From Felis catus (lineage: Eukaryota), in the NCBI RefSeq assembly GCF_018350175.1, contig NC_058368.1:113772001-113836000 (forward strand): DNA of 64,000 nucleotides. Reading direction: 5' to 3'. The notes below the pieces were generated by a model that was not told where the DNA came from, did not search any database, and was given only the letters and a program-made list of their open reading frames with translations. Of the stretch, positions 11,595 through 24,452 are shown piece after piece; position 1 is the stretch's first letter; each line of letters starts with the position of its first letter. A program made the translations under genes and the position numbers.

Positions 11595-13683
11595 GAAAGG
11601 ACCAGAGAAGTTATGAGTCTCCTGAGGCAGAGTCATTGTTCTGTGGCAGAGGGGGGAGTCTTCTCATACTTATTGTAAACAGTCCCAGAAATCTTCAGGG
11701 TATTTAAATGGGGAGAGGCTAAAACAGAGCTCAGAAGCCTGGACTATTTAGGCATCTCAAAGAGAAACTGTAACAGAGGGCTAATATATGGTGTGTTATT
11801 CAAGCATCTATTAGAAGAACAAATGATGGATTCTGTTCCAATTTAATGGAGCAGAGATCATCAAATACACATTGCAAGCTATAAAACATCCCTTCTCCTT
11901 ACAAACTCCCCAGGGGAGGTTGCAAAATAGATGGGAGTTAATATCTGAAGATTAAATACACGATAGCAGATTTTTTTATGTTTGACCTACTTTTTGAGAA
12001 ATGAACAAAGAATTTTTTACACGTCCCCTTTAATAAACAGCCTAATAGGTTAGCATTAAACTCACTACACTGAGGATGGCAGTGAGGGGAGACATAAATG
12101 TGTGGGTACCCATTTGTTACAAGGACCAGATGGAATACATGGCCTCCAAAAAGGACAAACACTCCAAATCAGGATAGCAGGACCTCAGCAAGGACCTGAG
12201 AACATTCTGCAGTTCTCCCTTCACGCTTATAGGAGAAAAAACGGTGTCCCATTTTATCATCAGCCAACTGAAGAAGACAACTCATAAAGTAAGCCAGAGG
12301 GCCCCGTTTAGACATCCTGGTTCGGGTGGGCCTAAAAGGGGCACATAAAGACAAATTTAAGACTCAAAATATTTGAAGTCTGTGAGGTCTCTTGAGGGCA
12401 TCTCATCCGTCTACAGATCGGAAACTGGTCCCAAAGATGACTGACCCAAGGTCAAACAGCCAACAGGTAGGAAAAAGCCAGTCCCTTTAACTATCTGTAT
12501 GACCATGAGCAAAGGAAAGGGAATCTCAATGTTCGGAATCAAAATGAGTAACAGACTAGAGGTCTCCTGAGGCACAAGGACACTGAGGGCTTCAGAATCT
12601 CAGTGTTCTTATGTGTAAAATGGGAATGACAGTTACTTCACAAAGTTTTTTTAAAGAAAATAAGACATGTACATTTATCTAGGTATGTTAAAGGATTGCT
12701 GATTACACTGTATTGTGGTCGCCCAAATGAGAAACCTTTGCTGGTTCCCAGTTGTCTACAGGACAGATCATCATCAAGATCTCATCTTAAATTATCACTA
12801 CTTACCTAACCTTCCTTGTCCATTCTCTTCAAGTTGTATCAGCCCCTAGGCAACTCCACACATATTCCTGTTTCATTTTCTTAATGGTACACATCCCTGA
12901 TGTTCTTATTTATTCACCTGCCCTGCTCACCACTGTATGTTAAGTACCTGAAACTATACCTGTTATATAAATGTTGTCCTCTATGGCTGTTGACTGAATT
13001 GGCTTGAAATTAAAGACCTTCTACAAGACCCTCTTGAGAATGAAATGATTCCCAAAGGACATGGTGACACCCCCCCCCCATCAGAATAGCTTGAATGCAG
13101 TCCTGCTAATGGATAGAAAGCTGGAGCAAGAGACCTCTTAAGGTTTCTTCTACTTTTTAGAATTGTTTAACCTCTACGTCCATTTGCCACCAGAAAATCT
13201 GTCATTTGCAAGAAGAAACATTGAGTTAGCAGCACCTTCCACTTCCCCGTGAAGCCTTAAACCCATGCAAAATTGTACAATCTGGTCACGCAGTTGAAAC
13301 TCAACTCTTGGAAGGGAAGGAGGGAGAGAGCTTTTTATACTCAAGAGCTAAGACTAAAATATGTAAAGAAAAATAACAACGCTGGCAGTAAGTATTGGCA
13401 GCTTCTCTGACAGCAAAATTCAATTTTAAAATAAATCAGGCAATTCTTCAAACTAGAGCTAGACTTCAGGAAATTAGGGTTTGTGTTCAAGTGGGCACAT
13501 TACAATTTCATAAAAACTGTCTGAGCTATTTCTCTGCTGAGGACTTTGGAAGATGATGATATGCTTAATGTTTCTCATTATGTTGCTGGGCAAATCAAGG
13601 ACCATGGAATAACTGGAGAAGCAGGGACTGAAAGTGTTTAGAAAGAAATAAATCAGAGGCTATCCTATCAGAATGGTGTCCTA

Positions 13684-13900
13684 GGGAGTGCCTGGGTGGC
13701 TCAGTTGGTTAAGCATCCAACTTCAGCTCAGGTCATGATTTCACAGTTCATGAGTTTGAGCCCTGCATTGGGCTCACTGCACACAGTGTGGAGGCTGCTT
13801 GGGATTCTCTCTCTCTCCTCCTCTCTCTGCCCATCCCCCACTCTCTCTCTCTCTCTCTCTCCCTCTCTCTCAAAAATGAATAAACATTTATTAAAAAAAA
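13684..13900 (+). mobile_element. Can-SINE (older)
   Basis: Head, CT tract and A tail; CpGs decayed. Confidence 0.95.
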
Positions 13901-13906
13901 GAAAGA

Positions 13907-14135
13907 GGGGCGCCTGGGTGGCGCAGTGGTTAAGCGTCCGACTTCAGCCAGGTCACGATCTTGCGGTCCGTGAGTTCGAGCCCCGCGTCGGGCTCTGGGC
14001 TGATGGCTCAGAGCCTGGAGCCTGTTTCCGATTCTGTGTCTCCCTCTCTCTCTGCCCCTCCCCCGTTCATGCTCTGTCTCTCTCTGTCCCAAAAATAAAT
14101 AAACGTTGAAAAAAAAATTAAAAAAAATAAAAATA
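13907..14135 (+). mobile_element. Can-SINE, young felid subfamily, inserted in the tail of the preceding SINE
   Basis: CpG-rich near-consensus copy; AAAAAAGAAAGA flanks both sides. Confidence 0.97.
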
Positions 14136-14169
14136 AAAAAAGAAAGAAACAGAGAGAGAGAGAAAGGGA

Positions 14170-14213
<44 letters not shown>

Positions 14214-14327
14214 GAAAGAAAGAAAGAAAGAAAATAAGGAAAGGGAAAGAAAAGAAAAGGAAAGGAAAAGAAAAGAAAAGAAAAGAAAAGAAAAGAAAAG
14301 AGAAAAGAAAAAAGAAAAGAAAAGAAA
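14136..14327. repeat. (GAAA)n/(GAAAA)n polypurine tract derived from the SINE tail
   Basis: Directly visible. Confidence 0.95.
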
Positions 14328-16765
14328 GGTGTGGCCAGGCCTTCACACCTTGTGTCTACCTTACTCCTACTTCTCTACTCTCCACTCTTTCAGGCAAATT
14401 CAACCAAAAGGGAGAGGAGATCCTAAGTCCATCCATAACAAGCGTGGTTCTGTTTTCAAATAGATGCTGTCAAAGGGAGAAAAGTCCCTGCTGTGTGACA
14501 AACATCATAATGGGTGAAAGCAGCAGGGAGCTCTTTCTCTGAAACTGAAGTGTCACTGTGTCTTCCAAGCCAAGATTAGTCTGAGTCAAAAAAAAAAAAA
14601 AAAAAAAGTTGGTTAACAGGAGAATTTTGGTTTCATCTCCCAGCAAGGAAACTCCATTAGTTTAAGTTCAGAAACGCTTTGCCTTTTTGCCCAGCGTAAA
14701 GAATATCAGATCATGTGACGTGGAAAAGTAACTGGAAGGAAGCCCACAGTGAACCCTCTCCCATTCCACACAAAGGGAAACAGGCTCCAAAACACTAAAT
14801 GCCGTACTCAAGGGGATTCACCATAGCCAAGACAAGACCCCAGAACTTTAACCCAAGTAGGCTGACCAACCATCTGGATTTTCCCAGAACCATACTGATT
14901 TTGATATTATAAGGCCCTCATTGTGAATTGCACCTGCTAATCTGGCCTGCAAGGATTTGGTTGCTCTGTCCAAACAGTAAGTAAAAAACTGAACAAACTG
15001 AAAAATCACCAACTCTTCTTAGATCCATCAGAGCAGTGAAGCCACAGAGCAAACCACTGTCCCCAAAATTGGAGAGAGAGATCGCCGGGCAGATAGAGAA
15101 AATCACAGCTTACTGAAGTAGAAGTCTACAAGCAGAGAGCTCTACAGGAACCAGTGCGGGGTGAAGAAACCCTCAACCATATACAATGCATTACTGAAGG
15201 TTCACCTCGGACAGATCTGACAATTAAAGACTCCAGGGGGCCCCAGTCATAGGAGGCCTTTACACACTTATGTGTGTATGTGTTTTATTTCCCAGAGCCC
15301 TACCAAGTTCTCACAGTGAATTTGCGAGAAAAATCCCCCCATGCTTCTAGCAAGAGAGTAAGAAAAAAATTGTTTAACTACACCAGAGCATTCTGTTCTT
15401 TTCAGCAAGGCCTGCCAACAAGAGAAAGTAGTTTACTCGTCTAAACTATTGGGGTTTTATCAGAACCCAACTGGACTGGGGGAGGAAAATAACAGCCCAC
15501 TCCAGACTTGCACACGAAGGAAGGGAAATCTGTAACTCAGTTGCTTTTAGTCAGTCTGTCCCACAGAAAGGGTGGGACATTCTAAGAAACACTGTAAAGT
15601 TCACAGTCCAGGGATACAGGCTTCCTAAAAGACTGCAACCTACCTACATAGATGACTACAGGACTCCCCCTACACCGTACCACTAAAACACTAATCAAGT
15701 ATTTATAACAGTTCCTTTCACCCCGTACATCATGTCCAGCTGTCAGGAAAAAAAATTTATAAGGCATTCTAAAATGCAGAAAACACAGTTTGAAGACACT
15801 GAACAGGTATGAGAACCAGAGTCAGACAGGCAGGAATGTTGGAATTATCATGTCAGGAATTTTTTAAAACTATGATTATATGCTAAGGGCTCTAATGGGA
15901 AAAAGACATGCAAGAACAGATGGGTAATGTAAGCAGAGAAATGGAAATTCTAAGAAAGAATCAAAACGAAATGCTAGAGATCAAAAAACACTGTAACAGA
16001 AATAAAGAATCCCTTTTAAGGACTTGTTACTAGACTGGATATGGCTAAGGAAAGGATCTCTGGGCTTGGGGATATGTCAATGGAAACTTCCAAAACTAAA
16101 AAAGCAAAGACAAAAAAAGACTGAGAAAAAAAATGGAACAGAATATCCAAGAACTGTAGGGCAACCACAGAAAGTATAACATACATGCAATGGGGATTAC
16201 CAAAAGGAAAAGAGAAAACAGAACAGATGCAGTATATAAAGCAATAATGACTGAGAATTTGCCTCAAATCAATGTCAGACACCAAACCACAAATCCAGGA
16301 AACTCAGAGACCACCAAGCATGATAAATGCCAAAAAACACACCACACCTAGGCATGCCATATTCAAACTGAACAATATCAAAGGTAAAGAAAAATTCTTG
16401 AAAGAAGCCAGAGGAAATAAAACACCTTACCTGTAGAGGAACAAAGGTAAGAATTAAATCTGACTTTTCCTCAGAAGAAATTTAAACAAGAAGAGAATGG
16501 GTTAGTGCTGAGAGAGAGGGGGAAAAAAACCCCTAGACTTCTATCTCCTACAAAAGTATCCTTCAAAAGTAAAGGAAAAATAAAGACAGACAAACAAAAA
16601 CTGAGAGAATTTACCATCAATGGACCTTCCTTGCAAAAAAATGTTAAAAGAAGCCCTTCAGAAAGAAGTTAAATGATATAGGCCAGAAACTCAGATCTAC
16701 TTAAAGGAAGGGACTTAGAGAATAGGTGAAAGTAAAATGAAAAACTTTTATTTTTCTTATTCTTT

Positions 16766-16874
16766 TTTTTTAAGATGATATTTTTAAGTAATCTCTACAC
16801 CCACCATGGGGTCCAAACTTACAACCCCAACATCAAGAGCCATATGCTCTACTGACTGAGCCAGCCAAGCCTCC
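16766..16874 (-). mobile_element. Short carnivore SINE
   Basis: Reverse complement of the short SINE type seen at 2761; TSD TTTTTCTTATTCTTT at 16751-16765 and 16877-16891. Confidence 0.88.
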
Positions 16875-17175
16875 TTTTTTTCTTATTCTTTATTTTTCTA
16901 ACAGATAACTATTTGTTCAAAATAATAATAGCAACACTATATTCAATGATTATAACTTTATATATAAGTGAAATGCATGACAGCAATGATACAAGAGGTG
17001 TAAAGGATATACAAATAATTTTGACTATAAAGTACCAGTATTATTATAAAATGGACTTAGATCAGTTGTACATGTATATTACAAACTCTAGGATAACCAC
17101 TAAAATCAGGAAAAAAGAAAAGTATAACTGATAGGCTAAAAAAGGAAAGAAAACAGAATCATATAAAATTCTCAA

Positions 17176-17402
17176 GGGGCGCCTGAGTGGCTCAGTCAGT
17201 TAAGCGTGTGACTTCGGCTCAGGTCATGATCTCACAGCTCGTGGGTTCGAGCCCCGCATCAGGCTCTATGCTGAAAGCTTGGAGCCTGGAGCCTGCTTTG
17301 GATTCTGTCACACCCTTTCTCTCTGCACCCCCGCCCCCTGTTCATATTTGGTATCTCTCTCTCTCAAAAATAAATAAACATTAAAAAAAAATTTAATAAA
17401 AT
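17176..17402 (+). mobile_element. Can-SINE
   Basis: GGGGCGCCTGAGTGG head; AATTCTCAA repeated on both flanks. Confidence 0.96.
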
Positions 17403-19220
17403 AAAATAATTCTCAATTAAAACCACAAAAGGCGAAAAAAAAGAGTGGTAGGCAAAAATAGGAATAAAGAACAAAAGCAAAAACTAGAAAACAGTAACAA
17501 ATATGGTAGGTATTAATCCAACTGTATCAATAATCACCTTATACATCAATGGAAAATAGAAAATACTTGCACAAGATACATCTGATAAAGGACTGTCATC
17601 CAAAATATTAAAAAGAGCTCCCAAAACTCAATGATAAGAGAACAAACAACCCATTTTAAAAATTCAGGTAAAAGACCTAAATAGACATCTCACCAAAGTA
17701 GATATATGGATACAATTAAATATATGAAAAGATGCTCTCCGTCATATATCATTAGGGAATTGTAAATTCATGCAATGAAATACCACTACACACCTGTTAG
17801 AATGTCCAAAATCTGGGACACTGACAACATCAAATGCTGGTGAGGGTGTGGAGTAACAGGAACCCTCATTCATCACTGGTGGGAATGAAAAATGGTACAG
17901 TCATTTAGGAAGACAGGATGGCAGTTTCTAACCAGTTAGTTTCCTTCTAACCAAAGATACTCTTAGCCTACAATCCAGCAATTGCACTCTTAGGGATATA
18001 CTCAGATAAGCTGAAAACTGTGTCCACATAAAGCCTGCACAGGAACGTTGCTGGCAGCTTTATTCATAATTGCCGAAACGTGGAAGCAACCAAGATGTCC
18101 TTCAGTAGGTGAGTGGAAAAATAAACCACGGTACATCAGAACACAGAATAGCATTCAGCACTAAAAAGAACTGAGCTATCAAGCCATGAAAAGACATGGA
18201 AGAAACTTGACTGCATACTACTAAGTGATAGAAGCCAATTTGAAAAGGCTACATAGTGTGTGATTCCAACTATAAGACATTCTGGAAAACAGGCAAAACT
18301 GTGGAGACAGCAAAAATATCAGGGTTGCCAGGGTTGGAGGTAAGGAGGGATGACTAGATAGAGCACAGAGGACTTTCTTAGGGCACAAAAGCTATTCTGT
18401 GTGATCCTATCATTTTGGATACGTGTCATTATATACTTGTCAAAACCCATAGAATTGTATTGTGTTGTATACACCAAGAGGGAGCCCTAATATAAACTAC
18501 CATCTTTGGTGGATAATGATTTGTCAATGTAGGTTCTCAACAACTGTAATGAATGCACCCCTCTCGGGAGGGATGTTAATAGTTGGGGAGGCTGTGGATG
18601 TGTGGGAGCAGGAAGTCTTTTGGAACACCCTGTACTTTCTGCTCAATTATGCTGTCTGTGAAATTAAAACTGCTCTAAAAAAGTAAAATCTATTTTTTTA
18701 AAAAAAGGGCCCTCATCTTGAGAAATCCCTCAGTCATGGGCAAATAAGGACAGCTGGTCACCCTACTCTCATGGTAGGAAGAGTTCTGCTGGAGTCTTAC
18801 CCAGCAAGGAGGGCAAAGTGTCTCTGAAATGATCACAGAAGTTAATGGGGGAAATACGGCTTGATTTCTACAAGTTATAGTCAAGGAGAAGTCTTCTGAA
18901 ATGAATCTACTACATAAAGCAAGACATACCTATTTTTAAAATCCCCATAAATCAAATATTTGAAAGTGGATTGCTTAAATCATGGGTAAAAATGAATTAT
19001 TTCAGTGCCTCTGTCCTCAGGCTATGAGCCAGCCTCACAGAAGAGAGCATTTGAAATAAGTCCATTCACCTACACACACAAGGATTACAAATTATTCTGG
19101 CATACACCTCACTAACCTTTGGAGGTGGGGAAAGGGGGGAGTAGGTAAATTTGCTTTCTAAAATATATGTTTTAAGAGTTTTAGAGAAATCACATTTTAT
19201 CTGTTAAGAAAATTACTTCT

Positions 19221-19650
19221 GGGGCACCTGGGTGGCTCCATCGTCTGAGCGTCCACCTTTGGCCCAGGTCATGATACCGTGGTTCACGAGTTCGAGCCCC
19301 AGCACCAGGCGCTGTGCCAATAGCTCAGAGCCTGGAGCCTACTCCAGATTCTGTGTCTCCCTCTCTGTCTGCCCCTTCCCCACTCATATTCTCTCTCTCT
19401 CTCTCTCAAAAATAAATAAAACATCAGTGGGACGCCTGGGTGGATGAGTCGGTTAAGCGTCCGACTTCGCCTGGGGTCATAAAGCTCCACGTCGTCGGGC
19501 TCTGTGCTGACAGCTCAGAGCCTGGAGCCTGCTTCAGATTCTGTGTCTCCGGCTCTCTCTGCCCCTCCCCCGCTCACACTCTGTCTCTCTCTCTCAAAAA
19601 TAAACATTTTAAAAAATAAAACATCAAAAATATTTTTTAATAAAGAAAGA
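19221..19650 (+). mobile_element. Two nested Can-SINEs (second, about 19428-19612, inside the tail of the first)
   Basis: Outer TSD AAGAAAATTACT at 19206-19217 and 19651-19662; inner TSD AAATAAAACATCA on both sides of the second copy. Confidence 0.93.
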
Positions 19651-20072
19651 AAGAAAATTACTCCGCTCACCTGAGGGACCCCCAGATCTTTAAGGGCTGA
19701 GAAGTGGTCATTGTTGTATGGGGATGTGGAGAAGGGAGACACCAGCCCAAAGAATCCTTGCTAGGAACAGACAGGTACTAAGGAGGTAGGTGAACAAGCA
19801 GGATGCTTCTCACCTTCCAGGCCCGTCCCCCACACACCTGCTTTCCTCTGAAGCTGATGCAACTTGCTGGGCTGTGATAGGGAGGGGCTGGGATTCATTC
19901 AAAAGGTAACAATGAAAGTGCTTGAAAGTCCCAAGAACAAAAGGTTGGCCCCTTGCTTTAGAACACTTCCTGATTTTTTTGTCTCAGGCATGCTAATGAG
20001 CGTTTCCAGAAAATCTAAATTAAGCCCATGCCAGAAACACCTCAAGTGAGGTCATTTATTACACTGATGAGA

Positions 20073-20310
20073 CAGTGCTCCTCAAACTTTGCATGCATTC
20101 AAATAGCCTGGAATCTTTTAAGATGCAGATTGTGATTCAGCATGCTCAGGGTGAGAGAGAGGGAGAGAGAATCTGGATCTCACCACCTTAAGATCATGAC
20201 CTGAGCTGAAATCAAGAGTCAGACGCTTAACCTACTGAGCCTCCTGGGAGCCTCTGAGAGGCTGCAGTCCTAACAAGCCCCCAGCAGCCAATGCTGCTGG
20301 TCCAGGGTAA
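20073..20310. mobile_element. MER5-like hAT MITE containing an antisense SINE fragment (about 20150-20253)
   Basis: CAGTGCTCCTCAAACTTT..ATGCAGATTGTGATTCAG..TAACAAGCCCCCAG..GCTGCTGGTCC; SINE head reversed inside. Confidence 0.7.
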
Positions 20311-20429
20311 CGGGACTGAAGTGTCTCATCCCATGGACTATATAAAATCAGCCTCCACTGACAAATTTGATTCCACGCAATTTTCCACATAGTTGGATCC
20401 TTATTCCTTACGGTTAAGAAACTTCATCT

Positions 20430-21510
20430 CATGGTTTTAGATACCATGCATACACTGACAATTCCTAAATTCATATCCCCAGTCTGGATGTCTCCCCCTC
20501 AGTTCCAGACTTGTAAATGCTTAATATTTACAAGTGCTTAATAACTCCGCGTGAATGTCCAACACACTTCAAACTTACATGTCAAAAACTCACCTCTAGA
20601 TATGCCCCTCCACCCGCCCCCCTCCCCAAATTAAAAGAGCTAATGGATGAAAAACAAAACAAAAACAAAAGCACCTGTTCTACCACCAGCCTTTCCCAGC
20701 TCTGGGAAAGGGATTCCATTCTTTGACATTTGCGAATTTGAAAAACCTGACTGCTCTTTGTCCCACACCGACTTCCCATCTGTCATGTATCTTTCTGGCT
20801 TTTTTCACCATTTCTCCTGAAACCACTCTGGCCCAAACTATTAGTGTCTCCTGCAGGGATGGCTACAGGAAGGAGCCTCTCACCAGTCTCCCTGCTTCTG
20901 CCTTTGCCCCCTGCAGTGGGTTGGACAAAAGGTATGTCCTAATCCCCAGAACCTGTGAATGTGAACTTACACAGAAAAGGTATCTTTGCAGATGTAAATG
21001 AGTTAAGGATCTCCAGATGAGGTCATTGTGGATTTACCTAGGTAGATCCTCAACCCAATGGTAGGTGTCCTTATAAAAGTAGGGCAGAGGGAGATCTGAG
21101 GGAGAGAGAAGGCCTCGTGAAGACAGAGTTTGGAGATATGCAGCCACAAGCCAAAGAATGCCAGGAGCCACCGGGAACTGGAAGAGGCAAAAGCAGATAC
21201 TCTCCTGGAACCCAGGAGGAAATGCAACCACTCAAACACCTTGATTTCAGACTTCCAACCTCCAGAACTGTGAGCAAATGCATTCTTGTTTTAAGGCACC
21301 CAATGTGTGGCAATATGCTGGGGCAGCCACAGCAAACTAATTCATACCTCTATAGTCCAGTCTCAACTGATGTCCAGAGGATCCTTTTAAATCAAAACAG
21401 TTCCAGACACTCCTTTGTTCAAGAGGGAAGTTCCTGCAATGGCTTCCCCGTGTCCCTCCAAATAAAGCCAAAATCTCTCCAACATTGGCTCCAAGACCTT
21501 TACTATTTCT
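20430..21510 (+). mobile_element. LINE-2 fragment split by an MLT1 LTR
   Basis: CTGACAATTCCTAAATTCATATCCCCAG..., CTCACCAGTCTCCCTGCTTC, resuming CCAGAGGATCCTTTTAAA. Confidence 0.7.
20912..21344 (+). mobile_element. MaLR LTR (MLT1B/C/D-like)
   Basis: GTCCTAATCCCCAGAACCTGTGAATGTGA, TTTGCAGATGTAA, CAGCCACAAGCCAAAGAATGCC, CCTCCAGAACTGTGAG; TG...CA ends. Confidence 0.9.
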
Positions 21511-22021
21511 AATCCACAATACATCCCTAGATTTTTGTTATAATACTGCCCTTGAAATGCTTGCCTTTGGACATCCTTGTAGGTGAAACTCTCCAAAGAG
21601 AAAGACTTTTGGAACCTTCCACTATAAATATACTTGGCAAGAGTGTAGGGCAGATCTAACTTAGCCATAACAGGAGCTAGAGAGAAGAGTGAGATGTGGG
21701 TCCTATGCACAAGGAAAGTGAGTAGTGTAGGGAAGGGTGGAGGTGAGACATATTTGAAATATGTCATAAAATAAACCCAGAAGTAATTTAAGTAATGTCA
21801 CAAGGCAGTAAATCAGACACTTCCAAAACTGGAAAGAGGTCAAGAGCCACTTAAGTCCAAACACCCGCTAATGCTTAATCACCTCTAAATCAATCCCACT
21901 AAGAAGTTAACTCAATTCTTACCTTCAATTAATACCTTAAATTTAAGTTTTCTTTCTTTCATTGTGTGAAAATAGGCCTTCTCAAAATGTCCACCATCAA
22001 AACCTCCAAACTATTCCCATA

Positions 22022-22223
22022 GAGAGGTCAGCATACTTTTGTTTTTGAAAGGACCAGATAGTAAATAGGCTCTGTGGGCCACAGAGTCTCTTTGGGAATG
22101 ATTTAACCCTGCCATTAGAGCACAAAAGGAGCCATAGACAATATATATAGGAGTCGATATGGCTGTTTCCAATAAAATTTTATTTACAAAAGCAAGCAGC
22201 AGACTTCAGTTTGCCAACCCCTG
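22022..22223. mobile_element. MER58-like hAT-Charlie MITE
   Basis: AAGGACCAGATAGTAAATA...CCAATAAAATTTTATTTACAAAA...GTTTGCCAACCCCTG; terminal inverted repeat remnants. Confidence 0.85.
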
Positions 22224-22439
22224 CATTAGACCTCCCAGAACAAGCCAAGTGTCTCTTTCACAGGTCAGGTCCACAAATTCTTTCAGTTAAATGCAATAAC
22301 CCTGACCCAGGAAATAGATCAAAAAAGTCTGATTTCTTCCCTTCTCATTGGTATGACCTCCAGTTCCTCTGTTGGAGCCCTCCTCTCACACCCTCCATCT
22401 GTCTGTCTGTGAAGTTGTCAGTGGGGGTCCTGACCTGAG

Positions 22440-23100
22440 TAGGATGCCCCAGGGAGACCAGGCTGCAAGAGAGAAAGCCTGTCAGCTCCCTCGCTGCAGT
22501 CATCACGCCACTAAGAACACTGCCAAAGATCACTTGCTTCCCTGCATCCCACATCCCACTGTTGATGCAGAATGCATTCACGATGGGCAAAACCCCAGGT
22601 TATATACCCACATGGACCAAGGCCTTCCTTCCCCTGCTGTGTCTGTGCCCTTGGTATTTTAGGCCTTACCTTTACTCCCTTACCTTTTTCCTCATTAGAT
22701 TTCAGGCTTGGCTCCATCCAGTCAAGATCTTTCTGATTTCTAAATCTGTCACTCAACATGTTGGTCATTATTCCCATCTCTGTCATCTACTCGCTGATAA
22801 GCAAACCCTCTCTGTCTTCATCTAAGTCCTTGAGAATAAATCTCTAGGATGACTTGGCCAGTTGTCCCCAAGCAACCTAGCATGTCTACTCTCCTGTGCA
22901 ATCCCCCTCTGTGGTTCAGAATGACAGCCATAATCATGATTCCCCAAATGCTTTCTCTTTGCTTCAGATGCCACATCACAGGGGGTATGAACACCAAACA
23001 GGATAGGAGAGAATTGTGTTCAATATGTCCCATGTTACCAACATTCAGAGAAGGGAGTGAGAAGGGGGAGAGGGGCCTCTCCTGTATTCTATAGCAAAGA
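22440..23100. mobile_element. Possible ancient LTR remnant
   Basis: TGATGCAGAATGCATTCACGATGGGCAAAACCCCAGG resembles recalled ancient mammalian LTRs; weak. Confidence 0.3.
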
Positions 23101-23379
23101 ACACAGCAGTTCAACTCCAGCACATTTGAAATCCAAAGATGTGCTGTGCCCACTTTTTTGGGAAATAATATGACTGCAATAATTTCACATGATTATCTCT
23201 GATGTGATATTAGATGGAGAAAGTCAGCTATTGGTAGCTTTTCTCTCACTACTACTAAGTCACTGAAAATGGAAACTTTTTCCTATTTCTAAGCTAGTGG
23301 AGCTTTTGATTGGGAATTTGATGGGTTTTTTTCTTCTTTTTGAAATATTTTTAAGTGAAAAACAAATTGTTTTTCAATA

Positions 23380-24452
23380 GGTGCTGAGATGTTTTTACTC
23401 ACTGTACTTCTGACACCAAATTGGTGGAGGGTTTTTCTCATACCAACCAGTTCTCCAGCTTTCAAGACACCAGCTGGATGTCCTATAATTCAATTCAATT
23501 CTGACACTCACTACCTTGAGTTAGCATCAGATCCTACAAGTTAAAGGGCTCAGTCCTACCACACTTCCCTCACTTCAAATACCAGTCACAAGCCCCAGAC
23601 CACCCATACTTCCAACCAACCAGCTATAAACTGGTGGTTCCCAGAACCCTCTCCTCAGGTTCAATAATTCACTGGAATAACTCACAGAACTCAGAAAAGC
23701 TCTATACTCATTATTACCAGTGTATTATGAAGGATACAACTCAGTAACAGCCACATGGAAGCGATGCATAAGGCAAGGTATGGAGGAAAGAGCAAAGAGC
23801 TTCCATGCCTTTTCTGGGTGTACCACCCTCCCAGCACCCAGATGTATCCACCAACCCAGAAGCTCTCTGAACCCTGTTGTTCAGGAGTTTTTATGGAGGT
23901 TTCATTAAGTAGGCAAGATTGATTAAACCATTGGCCATTAGTGATTAAACTGAACCTCCAGTCCCTCTTCTTTACCCAAGGGTCAGGGCATGGGCTCAAA
24001 GTTCCAACCTTCTAACCACATGGTTGGTTCCCGCTACCAGCCTTCACCCTGAAGTTTCTAGGGTCCCAGTAGTCACCTCACTAGCACAAACACACATGTG
24101 GTTGAAAGGAACTCATTATGGGTAACAAAAGACACTTCTGTCACTCAGGAAATTCTAAAGGTTTTCAGAGCTCTGTCAGAACCAGGGACAAAGATCAAAT
24201 ATATATTTTTTATTTTTTTTAACATTTATTCATTTTTGAGAGAGAGAGAGACAGAATGTGAGTAGGGGAGGGGCAGAGAGAGAGGGAGAGACACAGAATC
24301 AGAAGCAGACGCCAGGCTCTGAGCCATCAGCACAGAGCCTGACATGGGGCTGGAGTTCACGAACTGCGAGATCATGACCTGAGCCAAAGTCAGATACTTA
24401 ACCAACTGAGCCACCCAGGCACCCCACAAATATATTTTTTATTACATCACAA
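23380..24452 (-). mobile_element. MER21-like ERV LTR, interrupted by a SINE
   Basis: ACTTCTGACACCAA, GTCCTATAATTCAATTCAATTCTGACACT, TTTTTATGGAGGTTTCATTA, AGGAAATTCTAAAGGTTTT. Confidence 0.8.
24205..24426 (-). mobile_element. Can-SINE
   Basis: Reverse full-length copy; CAAATATA(TA)TTTTTT on both flanks. Confidence 0.96.

Larger units (their letters stand above)
14920..18700 (+). mobile_element. Old LINE-1 (L1MC-like): 5' UTR, decayed ORF1, ORF2 with a large internal deletion, 3' UTR
   Basis: ORF1-like 15760-16700; ORF2 start NPTVSIITLYING near 17515-17553 joined to KILAQDTSDKGLSSKI; L1MC-type 3' UTR (CCCTAATATAAACTAC...TGTCAATGTAGGTTC). Confidence 0.85.
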
